From positions 1,699 to 65,698 of the forward strand of contig JAUXTO010000019.1 of NCBI GenBank assembly GCA_030679255.1: DNA of 64,000 nucleotides. Reading direction: 5' to 3'. Below, piece after piece: positions 46,776-56,004 of the stretch (positions within the stretch are counted from its first letter, which is position 1; every line of letters begins with the position of its first letter). Made by a program: the position numbers and the translations under genes. The notes below the pieces were generated by a model that worked only from the letters and a program-made list of their open reading frames with translations, made no database searches and was not told the origin of the DNA. Source of the DNA: Candidatus Gottesmanbacteria bacterium. GTDB lineage: Bacteria; Patescibacteriota; Microgenomatia; UBA10105; UBA927.

Positions 46776-47527
46776 ACGCCTACCTTCGTCGCGTACACCA
46801 CGAGGGTTGCGCCTCTCGGGAACGGACACCAAAGAAAAAACAACTGTTCCAACCGTAACAAATAATACAACATAGCATTGACCAAAGGATGTGGGACACG
46901 CAAATACATGGGGACGACCGGGACAGACGTCTGGCGCTTGGTGTACATCCTGAAAAGGATATACCACGGCAGGGAAAACACGTTCCAATAATTCATATAG
47001 TGCACATGAAATCCGGCAGTACGGAGTTTTTCCCTGAGCTCACCCGGCTCATATCTCCTCTTATGCCCGCCAATGTCATCCAGACTACTCCAAAGCCACT
47101 TCCCTGCTGGTACGGTCAAGAGAAACGTACCGTCTTTTTCCAACATGTCCCAACACCGTCGTAAAAATAAACGGTCGCGCGTTTGATGTTCAAGGACATC
47201 AAATGCCCCGACCCCGCTAAATTTTTGTTTGCTCTGAAATGTATAGAGGGACTGACGGACAAACCGGGCAGCAGGACAACTGTTTTTTGCATAGGTGAGC
47301 GCTGCCTCATTGACATCCAAGCCCACGACACGATATCCCAGATTGTCTAACACGCGCAGCATGATGCCGGTCCCACATCCTACTTCAAGGAATGACCGGC
47401 GATCATTTTTTGGAATGAACCGTTCAATAAGTCCAGCAAGCATGGAGCCACGCGCACGGAACCAGAAATGCTCGTTCTCGACTTGGGCTACCTCCCTATA
47501 GTGCGATATATGATACGTTGCGGACAT
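46772..47527 (-). CDS. Class I SAM-dependent methyltransferase
   Basis: FLEVGCGTGIMLRVL...VVGLDVNE. Confidence 0.65.
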   Translation of the reverse strand: MSATYHISHYREVAQVENEHFWFRARGSMLAGLIERFIPKNDRRSFLEVGCGTGIMLRVLDNLGYRVVGLDVNEAALTYAKNSCPAARFVRQSLYTFQSKQKFSGVGAFDVLEHQTRDRLFLRRCWDMLEKDGTFLLTVPAGKWLWSSLDDIGGHKRRYEPGELREKLRTAGFHVHYMNYWNVFSLPWYILFRMYTKRQTSVPVVPMYLRVPHPLVNAMLYYLLRLEQLFFLWCPFPRGATLVVYATKVGV

Positions 47528-47541
47528 AATCCAAGAGCTGG

Positions 47542-49548
47542 TTATAGCGATCGGTATACCGTCACAAAGGAATTCTTATACACCTCTGTGAGGAACGGAT
47601 AGATTTTGACAAGACCCCCTACTCCCCTTGCCTCGCCGCCCCGCTTCGCCGAATCGAGGCGAGCAGGCGGGCCATCCTCTTTCTCCTGCGGACCGAAAAA
47701 TATCCAATGAAGATTTTCGCGGGTCATCCATGCTTTGGCGTCATCCGGTTTCATCCGGCCGGAAAAAAACTCTTTGACTTTTACTTCTTTTGCTTCAGCG
47801 TCGACCGTGTTGGCGTGCCCCACATAGACCGTATTGCCGGCATAGACCGGGATATAGTTGCCCGCGGTCGTCTCAGAAAGAATAATTGTTTTGCGGCTGG
47901 GCGTCGCGTCCTGGATATAACGGATAGCGGCAATGAAATCTTTCAGCGGATACATGACGTAGCTCCCCGTCGGCACGAGCGGGTAAGTCGCCCGCATCTT
48001 GTGATCGATGAAGTCCTTTTGCCAGAGGAATGAGGAAGACATCACCCCGAAACCCACACCTATCAATATCGTAATCAATATACACACCATTAAGCGCAGC
48101 ATACTCCTGAGGAAAATTCCAAATGATCCAAACATTTGGTATTTGGTGCTTGATGCTTGGTGCTTGTTTGGTATTTGGTGCTTGATGCTTGGTGCTTGTT
48201 GATAATTCCAATGAAATGCAAACCAACAGAGATACGCCGTCAGGACCCCCAGCGGGACGTGCGGGATCATTTCGCTAAAGCGAAGGGGCGACTGGGCCGG
48301 GATAAATTTGAAAATAAAAAGGAGAAGCGCCCACGCGAGGACCCAAGCCGCGGCAGGCCACATCCTGCGGTCTCTCATTTTTAGCGCGACCAGAAGTCCG
48401 ATGATCCCCAAGGGAAGAATGGGCCCGACTGCCTTCAAGTATTCGATGTAATCAAACGGCAGGGGCTTCACGATGTCAAACTCGACGAGCCGCTTCCATG
48501 GATAAAACGAGGTCATGAGGGAGAGATAGATGAGAGAAGGAAGACCCAAAATCAAGACTACCACCCTTCCTGTCATCCTCGGGCTTGACCCGAGGATCCA
48601 GTTTCTTAAAAGCGAGATTCCAGCTCGGAGGCCGGAACGACAAAAATATGCCCAGCTTCGCAAGGCCTGGCCTTGCGAAGCTAACAATTTTAGATTATAT
48701 GATAGTTCAAGGCATGTTAGGGCGCCAATGGTGACAATAATAAACAATAAGCCCGGAGGGAATATGATGCCTTCGGCGAATGCGATCACTCCGAGAAATA
48801 CCCAATTGCCCGGCTTTTTCATGGTCGCCTCATCGGAGAGGGCCATAATCAAAAATATAATCAGTGCTTGCCCCACGAGAAGATGCGGGATGAAGGTGAT
48901 GCGCTGCAGACTGTCCATGACGGACCACCACGGCATGTAGCCGCCGAAACGCCAGTTGGTGATATTGGCAATCGTTGCGGGGACGACTTGATTGTTAATG
49001 ACAGCAACAATCTTGGGCCAGGTGGAGGCGGTGACAGCAAGGAGAAAGGCAAGAATCGGGACGTAGGACGTAGGATCTAGGACGTAGGGAAAAAATGCAA
49101 GACGTTCCGATTTATTCTTATGTCCTATGTCATCACTCATACGTCCTTGTTCAAACGTTTTCTTACAAAACTGGACGATCATGACGAGGAGAAATCCTCC
49201 GAAGACGATGCGCGCGACGTGGTAGACGTCCGAAGCCCGATGCCAGGGCACACGAACCCACGCCCCAAGCCACCCCAGGAAAAGATAAAAAATGTGGATG
49301 AATGATCCCTGATGCGGCTCGCTCGTGTATTGCTCGCGGACCACGACATTTCCCTCTATCCCCTGCCGGATACGGGAGAGATAAAAATTAAAGTCCGTCG
49401 GAAAATTATGGATGAGTTCGAATTCACGGTTAGATTGCAGACGGTTGCTATGGGCAATCTCATACGCCGCCGGGGCGAGGGAGCCAAGAAGAAACAAAAT
49501 AATAAGGAAACCAAATACTTTATCTCTCATGTCCCCCATTCTACGCAA
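47542..49548 (-). CDS. Polytopic membrane protein, family X paralog 3. Contains REP-A, MITE-C, Elem-F and tandem-repeat insertions in-frame.
   Basis: HNFPTDFNFYLSRIRQGIEGN..TSEP motif. Inserted peptides LLASQGQALRSW, RSGLRAGISLLRNWILGSSPRMTG. Confidence 0.45.
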   Translation of the reverse strand: MRRMGDMRDKVFGFLIILFLLGSLAPAAYEIAHSNRLQSNREFELIHNFPTDFNFYLSRIRQGIEGNVVVREQYTSEPHQGSFIHIFYLFLGWLGAWVRVPWHRASDVYHVARIVFGGFLLVMIVQFCKKTFEQGRMSDDIGHKNKSERLAFFPYVLDPTSYVPILAFLLAVTASTWPKIVAVINNQVVPATIANITNWRFGGYMPWWSVMDSLQRITFIPHLLVGQALIIFLIMALSDEATMKKPGNWVFLGVIAFAEGIIFPPGLLFIIVTIGALTCLELSYNLKLLASQGQALRSWAYFCRSGLRAGISLLRNWILGSSPRMTGRVVVLILGLPSLIYLSLMTSFYPWKRLVEFDIVKPLPFDYIEYLKAVGPILPLGIIGLLVALKMRDRRMWPAAAWVLAWALLLFIFKFIPAQSPLRFSEMIPHVPLGVLTAYLCWFAFHWNYQQAPSIKHQIPNKHQASSTKYQMFGSFGIFLRSMLRLMVCILITILIGVGFGVMSSSFLWQKDFIDHKMRATYPLVPTGSYVMYPLKDFIAAIRYIQDATPSRKTIILSETTAGNYIPVYAGNTVYVGHANTVDAEAKEVKVKEFFSGRMKPDDAKAWMTRENLHWIFFGPQEKEDGPPARLDSAKRGGEARGVGGLVKIYPFLTEVYKNSFVTVYRSL
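48572..48638. repeat. MITE-C element (second hairpin degenerate) in-frame
   Basis: gtcatcctcgggcttgacccgaggatcc agtttcttaaaagcgag attccagctcggagg. Confidence 0.65.
48654..48682. repeat. REP-A palindrome in-frame
   Basis: Exact palindrome. Confidence 0.9.
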
Positions 49549-49562
49549 AAAACTTTACATTG

Positions 49563-51215
49563 TCATTGGAGAGAATACGCTTGAAAATCCTTATTACTCA
49601 ATCGCTTCACAACACCACTACGTTGTGGTGGAATCCAAGCGGACGGGGCGAGGATCCAACGGACGTTATGGGCAGAAAGAATGCGGTTGGCGACGACTGG
49701 ATCGCGGGTGGTAAAAAATTCATTGATGGCGGCGCGTTTGGCGCCTACGTCCTTGGTAAACATGACGTGGCCGGCGACCACTCTTCTACCAGTAAATGAA
49801 GGGGTCATCGTGCTGATCTCGTAGGGGGCCATCACGACATCTTCGGGCTGACTGTTTTGTGATAGATAAGAAAATGCATCCATGAGCTCCTTTGGTATAT
49901 AGACTTGAATATTATTCCGGTTCTCCGCCACATACCCCGCGTGTTCGCGGAAACTGGCAATCAAACCGACGGAAAAATAAAGAAGTAACACCGATATCAA
50001 CACAAATTTCATAAGGCCACCCCTTGTCCTTCGACTTCGCTCAGGATAAACAGCCAAGGGAGTGGCCTTAAACGCAGTTACATCACCCAGCCTTAAAAGG
50101 TGAGACCTTTTAAGGCTAAATATCCAGACGGCGGTACCGATACCGAGGGGGATGAATTGATAGCCGCCGAGGAACCGCTCGGGGGTGACCGGCACGAAAG
50201 GACCTATTATATAAAGCATAATCCAGCTACTCGCGGCCCAGGCAAGGAGGAGACTTCCCACCCGCCCCAAACGCCAGATGGTGGGAATTGCAAGCAAAAA
50301 CAATACGAGCGTTGGTCCGAAACTTACCGCGTACTCAACCGGATTTACTTTATAGTCAAGCGTCTGCTCCCACAAAAGATAGCTCGTCCACGGAAATATG
50401 TTCATCTGGAGGTAACGATGATAAAGCATAACAAATCCGGCGGTCACAACCAAAATTATGACCATTATAATTTCAAAGCCTGGCTTTGATTTGTTTCGGA
50501 GCGTCAGGACGGTATATATAAGAAGGGTGGGTATGAAGGTGACGTAGACCACGGGGTTGGTAAATCCCATCGCCGCGACAAGGCCGACGATCGTAAGGAG
50601 GGAAACGAATTTTCTAAATTGACCCGGCGATTCTCCATTTATTATTAGAAGAAATACGGCAAGCATCCCCACTTTACTCCATAAATGATGCGGCACAAAT
50701 GACCACCGGAAGATGGGATCAAGCTCCGTCCATGCGTGGGGGAGACTTGCAACAATTGGGCCGTTACTCCCCCATCCCCAGAAATACGTACCAAAGAGGA
50801 CAAAGCAGAATGCGACAATCCTTTTTATAATAGATTGTGGAAATGTTTTCCGGATCAATTGATAGACCAATACCATGAGCGCCAATCCTCCGAAAATCCG
50901 CGCTCCCGTATACGCTATAGGTAAAGAGATATCAAGAAGACGCGCTATATGCCCGAGGGTGAGAAGAAATATGCTCACGACCATCCGGGGATAGATTTCC
51001 GGTGTCATCCTGCTGGTGGCGACCCACCACCCATCCCATCCCTGCCGCATGATATCCAAATATATGTAATAATCTTCAACAAAATTATGAACCAACGGAT
51101 AGACAGTCCCCGGAGGGGTATTCCATAGATAGAGAATCGTTTGGGAAACGCTCAAAAGAGCCGCCAATAAAATAAGAAGAATAATGATGACTCGATCCCA
51201 TGAAACTCTTGGCAT
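49563..51215 (-). CDS. Polytopic membrane protein, family X paralog 4. Contains an Elem-D plus Elem-E pair in-frame.
   Basis: LVHNFVEDYYIYLDIMRQGWDGW..TPE motif. Confidence 0.45.
   Translation of the reverse strand: MPRVSWDRVIIILLILLAALLSVSQTILYLWNTPPGTVYPLVHNFVEDYYIYLDIMRQGWDGWWVATSRMTPEIYPRMVVSIFLLTLGHIARLLDISLPIAYTGARIFGGLALMVLVYQLIRKTFPQSIIKRIVAFCFVLFGTYFWGWGSNGPIVASLPHAWTELDPIFRWSFVPHHLWSKVGMLAVFLLIINGESPGQFRKFVSLLTIVGLVAAMGFTNPVVYVTFIPTLLIYTVLTLRNKSKPGFEIIMVIILVVTAGFVMLYHRYLQMNIFPWTSYLLWEQTLDYKVNPVEYAVSFGPTLVLFLLAIPTIWRLGRVGSLLLAWAASSWIMLYIIGPFVPVTPERFLGGYQFIPLGIGTAVWIFSLKRSHLLRLGDVTAFKATPLAVYPERSRRTRGGLMKFVLISVLLLYFSVGLIASFREHAGYVAENRNNIQVYIPKELMDAFSYLSQNSQPEDVVMAPYEISTMTPSFTGRRVVAGHVMFTKDVGAKRAAINEFFTTRDPVVANRILSAHNVRWILAPSAWIPPQRSGVVKRLSNKDFQAYSLQ
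50005..50117. repeat. Elem-D (AAGGCCACCCCTTG..CAAGGGAGTGGCCTT hairpin) plus Elem-E (29-nt palindrome AGCCTTAAAAGGT-GAG-ACCTTTTAAGGCT)
   Basis: The second copy pair lies at 51763..51790 and 51890..51957, in the divergently transcribed neighbouring gene. Confidence 0.75.
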
Positions 51216-51262
51216 AGGGGTAGTATACTATGTAAAAAGGATAGTAATCTACAAATCTACCA

Positions 51263-53122
51263 ATGACAAATCTACAAATAAATCCGCGAAAAATTGTTCA
51301 GGCAGTACTCTTTTTGACTATACTCATTGTCCTTCTCATGCGGCTGCAGCTCGCTCTCACCCGGGCATTTGATCCGGATGAGTTTGCCTACCTCCATTGG
51401 ACCTGGCTCTCCCTCAATGGATATCTTCCGTACCGCGACTTTTTCTTTTATATTCTGCCGGGATTTCCCTGGGCACTCTCCCCCATCCTGTGGCTGACCG
51501 GTGACTCAATAAACTTTCTGATCGCAAGCCGGATCTTTATGTTTCTCATCTACGGATTATGTGCCGGAGTCGTGTATAAAATGGCACAGTCAATAGCGAC
51601 TCTATCTCAACACCAGAATACCCACACACCCGGGGTGTGGGCGCCGATCCTTGCCACCCTCATCTTTCTCACCTTCCCCGTCACCATAGACAAGACCATC
51701 GATATCCGGCCGGACATGGTGATGTTGCTCTTCTATTTTGCAAGTGCCTTGATTATTTTTCAGCCTCAAAAGGTGAGACCTTTTAAGGCTACATTATTGA
51801 TGTCGGGGATGTTATTTGGCGCGAGCATTTTCGTATTTCCGAAGATCATTTTTGGATTGCCGGCACTTCTTTACCTCTTGTTTTCTCAAAATTTCATAAG
51901 GCCACCCCTTGCCCTTCGACTTCGCTCAGGGCTAGCCGCCAAGGGAGTGGCCTTTAGAACTCTCCTTCCATGGGTCCTTGGCGCAGGGCTTATGGGGTTA
52001 GGATTCCTCGGTTACTTGTGGGTAAACAATCTCATCCCCCAGGCAGTCACGAGTCTCACGAGCGACGCGCTTGCCGTGACTTCGGGCAAACATGGATTTT
52101 CTCCCCTTCTCCTATTCACTCCCTATCCACTTATCTACCTCTCACGAGGTGGTGTAAGTCTGCCGTGGGCGGTCAATACCATTATATGGATGTTGGGGGT
52201 GGTCGGATTGGTGATACTTTTCAAAATCAACCGTCAGTGGGCTATCTTTTGGAGTCTTTTTACTGCAGGAAATATTCTATTCGTGCTCCTCTTCCCCGTG
52301 CCATACGTCCAATATTTATTGCCGCTGTCTGTGGCTGCGAGTGTGTTGGCGGCGATTGCAATCCAGTATTTAGGTCATAGTATATTGGGGTTAGGAAAAA
52401 ATACTATTCCCTATATACTCGTTCCAGTCCTCCTCCTACCATCCTTCTTCCTCCAATACCGGGAGCGCGTGGCGCCGGGGGCCGGAAACAGCGAACAACT
52501 CCAGGTGATCCGCGATGTATTGCGCGTGACTAAACCCAATGAATCCGTCTATGACATGGTGGGCTCCTACGTCTTCCGGCCGGACGGCTACTACATTTGC
52601 TGCCATCCGTATGCGGAGTTCGTGCAAAAACTAGGCACAAGCTTGCCCGCCGAAGTCCCGCCGGGCGGGACGAAGGAGGGGCCAGGCCTCAATCTGACAA
52701 AATCATTAATCAAACACCAGACCAAATTTCTCGTCATGGACAGGGTGGGATTTGTGTTTTGGCAGAGTCTCGAGCCGGATAAAATATTTATGCTGACCAA
52801 TTATTTGCCGATGGGAAATCCCGCAGCCCCCGGTACTCCATTAAGTAAACTCTATTCCTTGGGTCAGACATTCAGATGTATAAATGGCGCGTGTGTACAA
52901 TACGATATGGACGGAAAACCTGCTGCTCCCCGATCGACCAATACATTCACATTAATCGCAGGAGAAAAGTATTCGGCAGCCATACAGCCTGAATTTGCAA
53001 CCGCTATGATTGACGGCAGCGCCGTTAAAAACGGTCAGACTGTAGAGCTGGCAGCCGGCCCCCACGGATTTACTACCGATCAAACCGTCCAGGAGTTCAG
53101 AATACAGCTCAGGAGAAATTAG
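51263..53122 (+). CDS. GT-C fold membrane glycosyltransferase (ArnT/PMT-like), paralog of 14203..15756. Carries Elem-D' and Elem-E' in-frame.
   Basis: FDPDEFAYLHW...LPYRDFFFYILPGF versus FDVDEFAHLSW...RPYVDFLFFFPPGF. Confidence 0.55.
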   Translation: MTNLQINPRKIVQAVLFLTILIVLLMRLQLALTRAFDPDEFAYLHWTWLSLNGYLPYRDFFFYILPGFPWALSPILWLTGDSINFLIASRIFMFLIYGLCAGVVYKMAQSIATLSQHQNTHTPGVWAPILATLIFLTFPVTIDKTIDIRPDMVMLLFYFASALIIFQPQKVRPFKATLLMSGMLFGASIFVFPKIIFGLPALLYLLFSQNFIRPPLALRLRSGLAAKGVAFRTLLPWVLGAGLMGLGFLGYLWVNNLIPQAVTSLTSDALAVTSGKHGFSPLLLFTPYPLIYLSRGGVSLPWAVNTIIWMLGVVGLVILFKINRQWAIFWSLFTAGNILFVLLFPVPYVQYLLPLSVAASVLAAIAIQYLGHSILGLGKNTIPYILVPVLLLPSFFLQYRERVAPGAGNSEQLQVIRDVLRVTKPNESVYDMVGSYVFRPDGYYICCHPYAEFVQKLGTSLPAEVPPGGTKEGPGLNLTKSLIKHQTKFLVMDRVGFVFWQSLEPDKIFMLTNYLPMGNPAAPGTPLSKLYSLGQTFRCINGACVQYDMDGKPAAPRSTNTFTLIAGEKYSAAIQPEFATAMIDGSAVKNGQTVELAAGPHGFTTDQTVQEFRIQLRRN

Positions 53123-53494
53123 GAGGATTTAGGAGGAAGTAGGAGATGTTCGGAGAAAATCGGAACAGATACAGACATACGGGAGATTTACGGGAGCTTA
53201 CGGGAAAATACGGGAAGATACTTGAATACACACTTCGTTTGACTTCCTCTCTCTCTCTCTCTCTCTGTAAAATCCCCACTATAGGATAGACAACGAACTC
53301 ACCGTTAAACCCTTCTATCTGCGGGAGATCGTTTGACCGCGTTGGTTGTCCAACCTATGTGTCTTGCACATTAACAACGTGCCTCCTTCTAATTCCGTTG
53401 TACCACGAGCGTCTGCCGACTCCGGACTCTTCTGGTACAACGGAAAAATTGTACCCGTGAAAAAAAGTATTTTTTATGCCAAAAGGAGGCAGCT

Positions 53495-53680
53495 ATGTCA
53501 AAAAGTTTAACAATTTTTAGAGTGTTGTGGACCATCCTTAGCATCATCCTGTTTTTCTATATATTGGCCCAAGTGCCAACACCGATGCTGTTAGGCAATA
53601 TGCTGGCCGCACTGTTTATCAGTGCATGCGCCTGGGGTGGAGGGCTCATGGTCGCGAGCGCATTTACCACAAAAACTTAA
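53495..53680 (+). CDS. Small two-helix membrane protein, hypothetical
   Basis: Strong SD AAAAGGAGG, 6 nt, then ATG. Hydrophobic 61 aa. Confidence 0.4.
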   Translation: MSKSLTIFRVLWTILSIILFFYILAQVPTPMLLGNMLAALFISACAWGGGLMVASAFTTKT

Positions 53681-53846
53681 TGATCCGCAAGACACACTCC
53701 CCTCCCAATCCGCCAAACAACAAAAACGACCAAAATAAATAACCAATATATTATTGACCAATATATATTGGTTTTGTTTTTTTTGTCTGGTAATTGGGGG
53801 GGTGTTTTTTTTTCATCAAATTACCTCTGTGGTATGATGACTCCGT

Positions 53847-54171
53847 ATGATCCTCGGTACAGCGCGCTCCAAAAATGGCGTTCTCATACGCCTCACTCAC
53901 GAACGCTGGTTCCATATCACTTCCTCCCATAAAGAAATTGACACTGCTTCTTACTCGACCGTCTTTCGAGCCATCAACATCCCAGACATCATCTTCCAAG
54001 GCGACCGTGGGGAACACGCTCGCGGTACGAAAACAACCTAGGAGAAAAAACTGGATCGTGATAGTATATAAAGAAAGGGACGCCACGGATGGCTTCGTGC
54101 TCACCGCATACGTGACGACAGATTTCCGTTGGCTCCTCAAACGAAAAATCCTATGGAGCAAACCATCATAA
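53847..54171 (+). pseudogene. DUF4258-family (toxin-like) gene with a +1 frameshift
   Basis: The N-terminal half reads in frame 0 (..IPDIIFQGDRGEHARGTKTT-stop 54041). The C-terminal half reads in frame +1 (NWIVIVYKERDATDGFVLTAYVT...ILWSK ending 54171). Confidence 0.5.
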
Positions 54172-54404
54172 ACTCCGCGACCCCAGCCATAGCCGACCTC
54201 GTCCGGCTCGCTCAGGCTGGCAATTCTAATCTACAGGTAGACTATGACAAAGAAGCGGATGTCCTGTATATCAACTTTGGTGCTCCCCAAAAATCCGACG
54301 ATGCCCAACAAGGAAGCGACGGCATCATTAGACGGAAAAAGAAGAATAAGCTCATTGGACTAACTGTCCTCAATGCTAGCCGGTACCCGCACGCAACGAA
54401 CTAA
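54129..54404 (+). CDS. DUF2283-family small protein, partner of DUF4258
   Basis: VDYDKEADVLYINFG....DGIIRRKKKNKLIGLTVLNAS. Confidence 0.5.
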   Translation: MAPQTKNPMEQTIINSATPAIADLVRLAQAGNSNLQVDYDKEADVLYINFGAPQKSDDAQQGSDGIIRRKKKNKLIGLTVLNASRYPHATN

Positions 54405-54410
54405 CGAACC

Positions 54411-55163
54411 ATGAGTGATGAAGTATCCGAAGAGCCCACTGGTGATATCTCTAAAACGCTTCCGGTGATCGGGGGGGCGTTTTTAATTCTAGTGGCCATC
54501 GTATTCCTTGCCTACCAATACAGCAAACCCCGGCCGGGGACGGTGGTTTTGCCGGGAGGGATAACGTATTTGGGGCCAAGTCCGACAGAGAGTCAAAAGT
54601 CTCCGCCAAAGGCGGACCAGCCTCTGGCCGGGAAAGTCGAAAGTCAAAAGTCAGCGCAAGAGAACGTGGCGGAGGCGGAGCGCTCTCGTTTCACAACTGA
54701 TGCATCGGTACCCTGGACCACAGTGAAAAGCACGAAGTATGGCTATACTTTTTCCGTCCCGGAGACACTCACCCTTGAGCCATTTCTCACCGATGAGTTT
54801 GATGCGTATGCCATCACCTGGAACAATGTATCTAAAGAAGCCAATGTCCTGGTCGGCGTGGAAAACTTATCCAACGACGACAAACGCGCTCCGTACGTCA
54901 AAAAGACCAAAAAAGAATATATCGAATCATTTTGGTCCAAACAATACAATCTGACCGGAGTCAAACAGATCACATCATTCACCAATAAAAAAGGATTGAA
55001 AGGCTACAAGGTGAAATTTCAAACGGCGGGTGGCGTATCCCCCTTTGACGATGTGTTTCTGGAAGTTCCGGCAAAACCGAATCTCCTCATCCACCTATCA
55101 AACGCAATTATCGAAGGGAAATTGTTTGATAAAATCGTGGACAGTGTCGCTTGGGGACAATAA
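54411..55163 (+). CDS. N-terminally membrane-anchored extracytoplasmic hypothetical protein
   Basis: A single TM segment near the N-terminus, then a soluble domain. Confidence 0.4.
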   Translation: MSDEVSEEPTGDISKTLPVIGGAFLILVAIVFLAYQYSKPRPGTVVLPGGITYLGPSPTESQKSPPKADQPLAGKVESQKSAQENVAEAERSRFTTDASVPWTTVKSTKYGYTFSVPETLTLEPFLTDEFDAYAITWNNVSKEANVLVGVENLSNDDKRAPYVKKTKKEYIESFWSKQYNLTGVKQITSFTNKKGLKGYKVKFQTAGGVSPFDDVFLEVPAKPNLLIHLSNAIIEGKLFDKIVDSVAWGQ

Positions 55164-55167
55164 CTTG

Positions 55168-55455
55168 TTACTCAATCTTCTTCGTAAAACACCATCCTGC
55201 ATTTCCGTTCGCTCCATTACAGTCCCACTGGCAACAATTTCCTTGAAAATAATAACCATATTGCTCCGAAAAAGCGCTTGCGTCCCGAAACCCTGGCGGT
55301 CCCCCAAAAGTACTATGAAACGCAACAATCGCTCCTTGTAATTTCCCGTCATCCCCTTCCTGAGGCTCTACAAACGGACAATTAGAGCTACACGCGCGTA
55401 ACTGTATTAATGCTTCCCCAGTACCAATTTTTGCAATCGTTTCTCCTTTTCTCAT
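55168..55455 (-). CDS. Small Cys-containing protein, paralog of 55612..55920. Start trimmed to the MRKGETIAK ATG, which has an AAGGAGG SD.
   Basis: M[RA]KG[ED]T[IV].....AC...CP motif shared between the two. SD 8 nt upstream. Confidence 0.4.
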   Translation of the reverse strand: MRKGETIAKIGTGEALIQLRACSSNCPFVEPQEGDDGKLQGAIVAFHSTFGGPPGFRDASAFSEQYGYYFQGNCCQWDCNGANGNAGWCFTKKIE

Positions 55456-55611
55456 ACGTACTCCCTCCTTAGGAATAGTGTGCACTATACTGTATTCCAT
55501 AACGGAACACAATTCGAACCGTTCTTCATGGAATGCTCGGGTCGGGAGTGTTTGAGAAGATTGTGGAGTATGTTTCCTGGCTATAGAAATAAAATCAAAT
55601 TCTGCTTTTAC

Positions 55612-55920
55612 TTACCTCGTAAAGCACGCCATCCGACGCCCTTCGCTAGCTGGTGGTTGTGTGCCGCAATGTTCTGCGCTGGTACAAAGCCCCCTATAGG
55701 TATAGCCCTTTTCCGCAGCTATTGCATTGATATTACTAGGATCCGTGGGGTGACTACCTTCTCTCATATCAAATTTAGTCGATGCTCCCTCAGTCGCAGA
55801 ATTTTCTTCTATCTTGGGGCATGCATCACCGCAAGCCTTAAATACGACTATATCTGGCATGACACCATCCTCAGTCAAAAATTTTACACTACCGCTGGTG
55901 ACCGTATCTCCTTTTGCCAT
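55612..55920 (-). CDS. Small Cys-containing protein, paralog
   Basis: MAKGDTVTSGSVKF...ACGDACP; SD AGGAG upstream. Confidence 0.4.
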   Translation of the reverse strand: MAKGDTVTSGSVKFLTEDGVMPDIVVFKACGDACPKIEENSATEGASTKFDMREGSHPTDPSNINAIAAEKGYTYRGLCTSAEHCGTQPPASEGRRMACFTR

Positions 55921-56004
55921 ATTTTTCTCCTATACGGATAACAATGGTGAGTATAATACTGATTAAATCAAAAAAATGCAAATTTTTCTGCTACAATAAT
56001 TTTT

